Below are positions 54,085 to 64,000 of a DNA stretch of 64,000 nt, in pieces (the stretch's first letter is position 1; every line of letters starts with the position of its first letter). The position numbers and the translations under genes were made by a program. This stretch comes from Lobosporangium transversale. Lineage: Eukaryota. The notes beneath the pieces were generated by a model, which was given only the letters and a program-made list of their open reading frames with translations, did not search any database and was not told where the DNA came from. Location of the stretch: the NCBI RefSeq assembly GCF_002105155.1, contig NW_019028979.1:434001-498000 (forward strand). Reading direction: 5' to 3'.

Positions 54085-54656
54085 AATTTCTCAATTCTGT
54101 ATAGCTGTTGAAATGATTGATGAGCAATTTATATGATCAGTAACAAGAAGAAGGGAACGTGTAACAGGTGGCGATTAAAGTGAAGAATGGAAGAAGGAAA
54201 AGGCGGTGAAGAACAAAACAAAACAAAACAAAAAACAAAAATGAGGATGGGTGGAGAGCAAGGTTATATTTAAACAGGTAAAAATAACATGCAAATAAAC
54301 TTGTAATGTATCCGATGTAGGTAAAATGAAAAGAATGAAACAGGGTTTCCCAGCATGGATATCACTAATCTAGTAGAAACAATGGTGCTTTGAAAAGGAC
54401 TTTTTGGAAAAAAGAATAAGGAAAGCGGTATACAGACTAACGTCTGTGTCTAAATTTGTCTAATGTGTAGGACAGAGAGAGAAAAAAAAAAAAAAAAAAA
54501 AAAAAAAGAGATGCTAGAATGTTTTATGAGGCATGTCAGTACCTGAACGTGCAACGGTGTAAAATGTCAAGTAATGAATGGAATGAGTGTGAATGAGGAT
54601 GGGAAGAGTTGATGAAAAAGAGAAAGATGAGATGATACCGGATGAAGAAGAGAGAG

Positions 54657-54687
<31 letters not shown>

Positions 54688-55019
54688 AAAAGGAATGAAG
54701 GCTGTAATAAGAATGAAAGAGAGCAAAGTCTTTTTTGTCCAACCAGAGACTCAGGACCAAAATAAGCTGTTGATGTACAACTCAAAATCCTAGTCTAGCC
54801 CGATGTACAAAAATTCTGCTGGAAGACTAACGTCTGCGGTGAAGCAAAACAGTCTCCGTCGTCTTCGCCATCGTTTTTGTTTTCATCTTTGCTAATCTCT
54901 TTATTGGATAGCTCTGAGTAGAAAAGAAGGGAAAAAAAAAAAAAAGGCTAAATTAGTTGGAGAGAAAAGGAGGTGTAAGGATGATAGAAAAAAATAAAGT
55001 CTAATTGAAATCAAGCAAG

Positions 55020-55020
<1 letters not shown>

Positions 55021-55073
<53 letters not shown>
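55021..55073. repeat. (GAAA)n microsatellite followed by (GA)n
   Basis: About 13 GAAA units read directly. Confidence 0.85.
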
Positions 55074-55085
<12 letters not shown>

Positions 55086-55654
55086 GGAGAGAGAGAGAGA
55101 AAGAAAGAAGAGACAAGGTCGCGATGTTGATAGTCTGTGAAGGTGATGGAAGCCAAGAAAGGCATGGGACATTTGACAATAATTTGAGAGACATGTGTGA
55201 ACAAGAACATGGAATGAATACAACACAGACCCCCTTTTTCCTTTTGGATGTTCCTGTTTTGGGCAATTTGTTGTGAAGTGTTTGAAATTAGTTTTCAGAC
55301 ACACAATCGATAGAATGCAATCAAAAAGACAAGGCCCATCCTACATAATAAACGCTTCTTACTTGTCACCTTTGCAAAGATGGCTGATCTTTCCAATCAC
55401 ACGCACAACCTGCCTGATTTAGTCCGAGGTAAATGCCAGTTTACTCCACTGTTTGCCCCTTGAAGTTAATTAAAAAAAAAAATATCGCAAATTTTTTCAG
55501 AAACATCTTTGTCCTTCATTCCTTCACTTTTTGCTTCCACTCCACTTTTTTTTTTTTTTTTTTTTATTTTTTTATTTTTATTGTTTCTTTGCTCACAAAA
55601 CTCATCATCACATCCTCGTTTCATTTGCTTCATTTTTCGTTTACTTCGTTTGCC

Positions 55655-55690
55655 TCATTTGCTTCATTTGCTTCATTTGCTTCATTTGCT
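55655..55690. repeat. 9-bp tandem repeat (TCATTTGCT) x about 4
   Basis: ctcatttgcttcatttgcttcatttgcttcatttgct. Confidence 0.8.
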
Positions 55691-56432
55691 CCCCTTTCTT
55701 TTATATCTCGTACTTCTGTTTACTCAGCCATGGTACACTCCACCACGACGGTAAGAGCTTTCATTCCAGAAGCGACACTCCTCTCCTGCTTATGGCATAT
55801 CTCCATCTCCACCTACTTTTATTTTATGCTTTCCCTTTCCATTCCTTTCGTCGATCTCATGCCGTCCCGCTGAAACATATACTTCCGCAATCCCTTTATA
55901 CTTCCTATTTGTCTTCTCCATTTCCGTTTTGATCAATCCGTGATTGCTCTGGATATTGATCTTCCTTTCGGAACTGCCCCGAAAAGATGGTCATATGGTT
56001 AAACACTGTGTTATTTTCTTTCCTCCGTTTCATTCCTCTCCATTGACCTGAGCATGGTTCATTCAGCTTGATCTCATGTCAATGGATTAGCTCTAAATTA
56101 CAGAATAACGTGGAAAAAAATAATAATAATAATAATAATAATAACCCCGACCACCTTGAGTTTCAAACTGCTTTTTCCGGCAGAATCCTGTTTCCATCAT
56201 TGTCCTTGTTGCTGTTTTTTCTCGCCACATGCGCCAATTTTTTAACACTTTGCTCCCTCCACCGTTCTTTGACTCTTGCTGCCCCTCTTTGTCCATTGCA
56301 ATTTTTTTTTTTTTTTTTTTTTTTTTTTCTAAATCTTGACGAAAAAGGCTGGGTACCTTTTCACCACGTCAGGAACCATCAGGAAATACACGACAAATCA
56401 TCCATTTATGATTGGTTTGGACTTGTCTAACC

Positions 56433-57146
56433 ATGGAATATCTCTCTCTGAAAATACAGACCTCAACCTTGCTCCTTAAGGCCAAGCATGCCCTCTCGCT
56501 TCATCGCAAGTCATCCGCCAGTGGATCTGCGCCTTCTTCCTCGAGTCAGTCTTCAACACTTTCGTCAATACCGCTCCCATCTACAGACTCTCCTGTTTCA
56601 CCCCCTCTCCCCAATACTTCCATCACTCCGGCTACCCACATAGACACAGCCCCTACTCCCATTCTAGACAATGTGCCTCACAAGACCAAGCGCAGTAGCC
56701 GGTTCAAGGTCAAGACATTTCCATCTTTCAGGGAATCAGCCAGCTCACTTCATACAAAAACAAATCAGTCGAGCAAAGTGAGCCGTACATCCGACTTGGT
56801 CAACACAGTGATCGGCCCCGGAATACCATCTCAACCAATGGCTTCTGTCAATCCTTACTCCCCCCTGTGGTGCCCATCCACTGTCACTGCTTTGAAATCA
56901 CCATTGAGAAACGCCTCCTTGTTAAGATCAAAATCCAATTCATATCTCGACCTATCTCAAATTTCACATTACTCGCCTGCACCAAATCTTATTCTTCAAC
57001 CTAGCCCCTCTGTTGATTTGGCATCATGTTATGCCGGAGCAAGGTCCTCTACATTGCCAGCTATGGTCCGCTATCACTCGACTTCTGGAGAGTTTGCAGC
57101 CGCCCGAGGTTTTGTACCGGTTATTGGGCCTCAAGGTAATGAGTAA
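56433..57146 (+). CDS. Ser/Pro-rich disordered ORF; possibly an upstream exon of the F-box/WD40 gene
   Basis: 237 open codons from ATG 56433 with coding-like composition; ends at a strong donor CAAG|GTAATG (57136). Confidence 0.6.
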   Translation: MEYLSLKIQTSTLLLKAKHALSLHRKSSASGSAPSSSSQSSTLSSIPLPSTDSPVSPPLPNTSITPATHIDTAPTPILDNVPHKTKRSSRFKVKTFPSFRESASSLHTKTNQSSKVSRTSDLVNTVIGPGIPSQPMASVNPYSPLWCPSTVTALKSPLRNASLLRSKSNSYLDLSQISHYSPAPNLILQPSPSVDLASCYAGARSSTLPAMVRYHSTSGEFAAARGFVPVIGPQGNE

Positions 57147-57327
57147 GATTGATCTAAAGAGAAGCTAAAAGCTTCTGGACAGCATCGTGGAAGGGAGTGA
57201 AGGCTGGTAAAGGGGAAAAAAATAAAAAAAAAAAAAAAATGTCCATGCAAGTAGTGGACAAACAACTCGTACTGTACCTAAACTGTATAAGCCCATTGTG
57301 AAGAGAGAAGAGATCGTCTTTCTGCTC

Positions 57328-57363
<36 letters not shown>

Positions 57364-57850
57364 GAAATGGTATACCACTCCGTTTCTCCATTCCTTTCTT
57401 CTCTCTGTGGCCTACAGTCGTTCAACACCTCCTTTTTACCCCTTGTTACTCGATCAGGATATATTTAACATCCATCATCGTTGCCGTTGCAAAGGATCGG
57501 GTTTAACAGACGAGAATTCTGTTTTTATTCCCATTATTGTTATTTGTGATGTATTTCTGTATTTATGGCTGTAATCAAAAAAATGCGCAAATGCGATCTT
57601 GATCTGTGAAAATAACTCACTTCAAGCTTGTCAAATAGTTTTCGCACTGGTATTCTTTTTAAGTCAAAAAAAAAAAGTTTCTTTTTTTTTTTTTTTTGCC
57701 CTCTCCCTTTTCCCTGTTCACGCACATTCTCTTCCTTTTCTCCCAAACTGCCCCCGAACTTTCCCATTCAATCGACAAACTTGCTTTTGCATTTGTTACT
57801 GTCCCTCTCTCTCTCTCACTCTCTCATTCATCACCTCTTTTTCTAATCAA

Positions 57851-59252
57851 ATGGCCTCCTCCCCGTCAAATCAATGCCAACACAACCATACATCGTCTTC
57901 ATCAAACACTCGTGACATGCATCACATACCTGATCTAATTGACCGCCATTCAACCTCATCTCCCTTCGATTCTTTTGCAACGTCCCCCAATTCACTTGTT
58001 GCTGCACCTACTTCAGGCACTCCTCCATATACTCGTATTTATCTCAACCCCGAGGCCAAACGCCAGCTCGTTGACCAACTTTATGATCTGATGATTAATG
58101 GCCCTCATATAGATTTCCTTTCCAAGTTGCCGTATGAGCTTGCGACTTATATTCTCCACTTTGTGGATATGCACAACTTGGCCAAGGTAGCACTCATCTC
58201 CAGGACATGGAATCAGTTTGCTAAGGATAACGAAGTTTGGAAGTCCGTCTTTCTGCACCAGAAGCGATGGAAGATCAAGATACCCCCGCAACAAACTAAG
58301 CCGCTTAATTGGAAAATGCTTTGCCATGATCGTAAAAAGCTGGAGGAGCGTTGGACCTCGGTCCCGTCGAAAACAAAACTTGTGGGCCATACCGATAGTG
58401 TTTACTGCGTCCAGTTTGATGATAATAAGATCATCACCGGCTCAAGGGACCAGACGATTAAAATCTGGGACATTCATACTTTGCAGTGCATCTACACCCT
58501 GCGAGGTCATTCTCAGTCTGTTCTCTGTTTGCAGTTCAACGATAAGGTCATGGTCTCAGGATCGTCTGACAACAGCATTATTGTATGGGACATGGAGACT
58601 CGCCAACCCATAAGGCGGTTACAAGGACATACTGCTGGAGTTTTAGATGTCTGCTTTGATGACAACTATATTGTCAGCTGCTCCAAAGACACAACGATTA
58701 GGATTTGGGATTTTCATACCGGTAATTTGATCAGGACATTGACAGGACACCGTGGACCAGTGAATGCAGTTCAGTTACATAAGGATCAAGTGGTATCTGC
58801 ATCAGGAGACGGCATGGTCAAATTGTGGAGTGTGACTACAGGACAATGCGTGCGCGACTTTATCGGTCATGAGCGAGGCCTGGCCTGTGTTCAGTTTGAT
58901 GGGGAGACAATCGTCTCTGGCTCTAACGACAAAACTATTAGAATTTGGGAAGCAGCTACAGGGCGGTGTCGTCGAGTGTTAACCGGGCACGATGGCTTGG
59001 TGAGGACACTCCATTTTGACCAGAACAGAATTGTTAGTGGAAGCTATGACTACTCAATTAAAATTTGGGACATGACAACAGGAGAAGTAACCCTGGATCT
59101 CAAAAACGGACATACTAGCTGGGTGTTTGATGTACAATTCTCAGCACGGCGTATTATCAGGTTTGTGTGTTTTACAGTTTTTATGATAGTCATATGGATG
59201 TGGTTTGTCCTTGTGGTTCTTTTCTTAAGAGGTACTGACCAAAAAAACGGAA

Positions 59253-59283
<31 letters not shown>

Positions 59284-59397
59284 GTTGTTGTTGTTGTTGT
59301 TGTTGTTCGAAACAGCACTTCACAAGACAGAAGTATCGTTGTCTGGGATTTTGCACCAAGCGGTATCGAGGATATCGACGTACGACTCTTCTTGTAA
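57851..59397 (+). CDS. F-box/WD40 protein, beta-TrCP/FWD-1-like SCF substrate receptor; exons 57851-59160, 59316-59397
   Basis: F-box DFLSKLPYELATYILHFVD; seven WD40 repeats incl. GHTDSVYCVQFDDNKIITGSRDQTIKIWD, GHRGPVNAVQ..SASGD, GHERGLACVQF. Confidence 0.92.
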
Positions 59398-61318
59398 AAA
59401 GAGCCGTTGCATGACATGCATTAGAGCAAGAATACATATTGCAACCTACCAAAAGGATTGTACCTTCGTGGTGCAGTTTGCGACCCTATTGACCCCCCAA
59501 GGATGTCTGAATATTCTTCTGCTGGTTCTTCCTATCATCAACGGGCCCAGCTAGTCACATGTTTAATTCCCATGCTTCACGTCACTCACGTTCTATACCC
59601 TGTCGCCTGTATTATAGTGCCGTAATAACAACAACGATAATAATAGTATAATAAAACTCCCTCCTCTCTTCACAAAGCTTCCATATGGTGTACTTTTTCG
59701 GCTGACATCTAGAAGCATAGCTTTTAGTCCATTGTTTCTCAAGGATATCTGCTATTTGACAGCACGAATTGGCGATTATAGAGGCGTATCTTTTGGAGCT
59801 CGCCGTTATCAGATGAAACAGACCCAGTAAGAGCAGAAATGTTAGTCTGACGAGAATAGCGAGAGTAGGCGCATCATCCTTATTTCACTTACAGCCCCTG
59901 TTTTGGTCAGAACAGGCCCTTATATTGGGCAGTCTGTTGGAGATCAGTGTTGATAGGTCCAGAAGCTATCGTTAGAAACTGAGTTCTTGATACTATCACT
60001 TTGTATATTTCCGTTCGGAGCATCACAGCATGCACTCTAATGCCGAGGCAGAACCGCTTTTCACATATTTCGTCTTTTCTTCCTTCTCTTCCTCATCCGT
60101 GTCGATCATAAAGACGACAACTTTTTGTGAAAAACACCCTGCTTCTCTTGGAACAAAACTTGCTCCCAAATCACAAAGTTTAAGCTGAACTTTGATCTTG
60201 TCCAAACCGCTCTTGTTCCCTCTTGGTATCATCGAGAAGTTGACGGTACCTGAGCTGCCTCTTTCTTTATTCATAGTGCTCAGACTGGTTTCCCAAAGTA
60301 GTAATGATGGCATCAGGAGCAAGGTCGGGGACTGTGATAAATGAGAATACGTCAACTATGAAGAGTAAACAAACAAGACGCTTTTTTATTCCAAAATGAG
60401 GACCAATTGCTACCAGTCTTTTTTATTGATAAGGACGCGTCTTTCATTCATTTTTACGCCCATAATATAAATGCAGACGTATGGATTACCTTAAATACGA
60501 CCTCACTATAGCATCGGCTATATTTCTTACGGAAACTTTTGTATTAAAGAACGTCCCACACGATGTGTGCTCGATTGTGCAAAGATCAAAGCCTCAGCCA
60601 AAGGCTGACGTATTCAGATGCTAACCTCCCCCCACCAAATGACTGTTTGTTCCCTATGCTTGTTAGTTGTGTCTTGGACTGGGTTGAGCTTTGGTAGTCA
60701 GCTTGGTTTTTTTCAACTTCTTACATGCTTTACTAGATCTTTAAAATTGATTAATATCCTTATGTTACTTTTTAGCTCGTGGTAAACTGACGCATTGTAC
60801 TTTGTGCCCCATCTCGTCATGATTGAACATTTCACCACGTCCTTGATCAAGGACTCTAAACAGTGAGCTACACCAACATCTCCAATTCAAAACAATCTTG
60901 CCATATTCGACTGAACAACTGGCCTATAAGTTTTGTTAAAAAAGAATAAGCTCAATCTTAGTTTGCCAAAAAAAAAAAAAAAAAAAAAAAAAAGCTTGCT
61001 GTCAACAACAGTGGAGGAGGGAGGGGTTAACCTTTCTGCATAAGCAAAAGACTGAGTTTAGCAAGATAGTAGACCATGAGAAGAAGACGTCGGGCGCGAC
61101 GGTGTCACACAGACCCTCGTTACCAAGACATGACGAGATGTGATCCACATTTTGATTGTATGATACTGAAAGTGATCGTAAAAGGTGATAGTGGTGGATT
61201 TTAATTATAAGAGTCAGACCTATAAATGGTTATCGCCAATGTTGGATGATGGATTATGATATTGACTTTTTACCTTGGCTGCTCTAGGAAGCATGAAAGA
61301 CAAGAGACTCCTGTATTG

Positions 61319-61352
<34 letters not shown>

Positions 61353-62445
61353 CCCACTCTAAAATACTCTTCAAAAGTGAAACAGCGGGAGATGACATAA
61401 GAGAAAAATAATAAAAAAATATATATATATTCCAACAAGTGGATTTCGTTCGCCTAAGAATCTATGGAGCCCATCAGAATTCTATAAGAGAAGCCTCGAT
61501 AAAATGATTCGGACATATCTCAGACGCGAACGGTAAAAGGGAAAGAGACATTTCCAATTTTATGTAAAGAAACATCTGTTATAACCCCTGCATCTATTTT
61601 TCACATTTTATTATTTTTTTTAATGGCAGGTACAACGCGTATCATGATCATGAAAGCGCTTGTCTAATTTTATGTGACTGCAGCATACATATTATCGCAG
61701 ACATGCACTTAATGCGAATATTAGAATACACATGTAGCATAAATAAGGGTGACGCTTGTACTACCAAAAATTGATACGACTCGTTTCCTGCATACAGCAC
61801 AAAATGCATTTACTCTACCCCTCTGCCTTGTCGTGACTTTGGCCAGGGTGCTGAGGAAAAAAAAAAAAAAAAAAAAACTGATTGAGACTGAGACTGAGAC
61901 GAAAATTAGGTCCGGGGGCATTATTTCAATCTGTTTATATCAAGTCGTAAAGGAGAGAATGGATGCTCATTATCCGACGCGCTCTAGATCCTGCCATGCG
62001 ATAGTAAAGGAGCCTCTTACTATACAAGGGAAGTGAGAAAGGAGTCGAAAGGGGGGGGAGAAGGGGTGAAAGGAGTAAAGAAATGAAAGGGACAATTTCA
62101 GTCATCGACTGTGGATTATCATTTGCTATCCCAAATCATCAAGAGGCGAATGGGAGGAGCTTGTTTGCATTAACGGTTCACGACACTGTTTTAATCAATG
62201 CTAGACTTATTGCTCATCCTTATTACATGTGCTTTTTCTTCAAATCCATGGTAATGAGACTAATAGGAAAAGAGTAAGTCTACATTTATTACACATGTGC
62301 AATACAACGCAACGCGATGAGGAATGAATAATGCTATATAACAAGGTTAAAGGAGTAAATAATGATTATTATATTTATCATCATATCCTTTTTAACCTTT
62401 ACAATTCTCACTCGGAGACTGTGCATTTAATGATTTTCATATCCT

Positions 62446-62479
<34 letters not shown>

Positions 62480-64000
62480 CTCAGGCTTGTCGCCTACGGA
62501 TCCTCATATGCTCGCATTTATACAATAAAACAGACTAATAGATGATATCGGGATGCACTTTTGTTTATCAAAATATTATTTATACAATTTCTACAGTTAT
62601 ACATGTATAAAACAAAGGCATGCACGCATGCGTGTGTATAAATATGTTTATATATATAAAATACGTAAAAAAAAAAAAAAAGTACATGTATTGTTTATGA
62701 GCAATGTCGAGTGTTGAGAACAAACAGGATTGGGGGGGTCCTTGAGGATTGGTGTTGTTATCACGCAAGAAAGGTTTGGCGATACAATTTTCTAAAAGAG
62801 ATATAGGTCGTTTTGGTCATGGGGTTTTGTTCAAAGAAGGTCGGTGCCATAACTTTCATGTACATGTATAGCAATCATTATATTGTTGCGATATGTATTT
62901 TTCTGTGTATAATCAATCACTTTTCTAAAAGAAAGTTTGGAAAAGGATTGTGGGTGCCAGAATACAATACTTTAAAAAAAAAAAAAAAAAAGGCTGGCCT
63001 AATTGGGTTGCACTGAATGTGTCCAGATACATGTACATGTATCCATGTAGATACAGTAGACACAATACATTGAAATATACACATGTTGTGTACTGATAAT
63101 TGTTTCGTGTTTATTGTTATATATATATTTATATTCTTCATATCCTGTTGTATCCTTTGAAACTTGTCTGCAATGAAAAAGGTAATTAAGAACATTGTGT
63201 AACATTATAATTGATAAATATTGACTAGTTCAGCTCACAGCTCTCGCTTTTTTTACCCCTTGTTTGTTTCAAGAGGTATCATTTGCATCTCATCATATGC
63301 CTGCATCTGTGAGAGCACTTGCACGCTTTTTTTTTTTTTTTTTTTTATCACTCTCACTGTTCTGTTTTGTCTCAAGACGAAGACGAAACGAGGAATGGAT
63401 TGAGAAATGCTTTGGATGGAAGGATGAGAGAAAAAGAATGTGTTGTTGATTCGTTGGATCTTGGGTTGATATCGGTGAGAACCACACAGTGATCGAGTCC
63501 GCGTGGCCATCAAATCACTCGCAATCCCCTTGATTGAACGAGGTTGCTTGTGTTAATGATTGCGCTCGTGCCCCTGCGTACCCATTCATGAAGGAGAAAT
63601 GAGGGGCCCAGGACGTGGTTCCCAGGTCTTGATAGAGCATGGCAAGATGCGCAAATTCTTTTTTTCTTTTCTTACAGCCATCCATCGTATCCATCCATCT
63701 GTCATCGCTCTGAGTTTAACTTTTGCTTCTTCCTTCTTGATTGTTTTGCTCGGAGTAAAAGAAGAAGGAAGGGTGACTGATCTGAATGTATTTGTTTACA
63801 TGGTCAAAAAAAAATTGGTTTTTTTTTTTTTTTTTTTTTTTTTCTTTTGCAAGTGCCTTGGGTGCTCACACTAGACCTACTGATGACATGCAGGTCTACT
63901 TCGCTGAACACATCATTTGATTCAGTTTGCCTCACGCCTCAAAAGATGAATTGTTTGATGATGAGCGTTTTTGGGCTTACTCAGTTATCAACGAATAATG

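Noticed and set aside
60023..60355. 110-aa minus-strand ORF
   Set aside because: No ATG-supported model, no recognisable domain, no clear splice partners.
60395..60437. AATGAGGACCAAT, resembling the unit C tail
   Set aside because: 13-nt match without the adjacent poly(T), hairpin or head; could be chance.

Overview
Intron-rich eukaryotic genomic DNA with GT-AG introns, CTAAC-like branch points and abundant long poly(A)/poly(T) runs. Gene content and style fit an early-diverging fungus (Mucoromycota, Mortierellaceae-like; inference). It holds about 20 protein-coding genes: CDC50/LEM3, an FLVCR-like MFS transporter, VTC4, an OYE flavin oxidoreductase, RPS17, an alpha-arrestin, MUB1/SamB, a 4E-BP, an orphan acidic protein, an EGLN/PHD-like prolyl hydroxylase, a PA-domain subtilase, RTF2, PTM1/TMEM87, TMEM128, a BCS1-like AAA ATPase, a G-patch/ZnF protein, an ECM4-type GST, an Sso-type syntaxin and a beta-TrCP/FWD-1-like F-box/WD40. 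There is one tRNA-Trp(CCA). The most unusual locus is 33323-34204: three head-to-tail poly(A)-tailed retroposon units that share a 19-21 nt head and a covarying 3' stem-loop. One unit carries a tRNA-derived Pol III promoter, and the array sits about 110 bp upstream of, and divergent from, the tRNA-Trp gene. This suggests a tRNA-gene-targeted, self-stacking SINE/LINE system. Other highlights are a fully animal-like 4E-BP (RAIP-like and TOS motifs), a probable non-AUG-initiated mitochondrial isoform of the ECM4-type GST, and a phase-compatible alternative first exon for the F-box/WD40 gene. Exon boundaries were read by eye and family calls are from recognition of motifs, not database searches.
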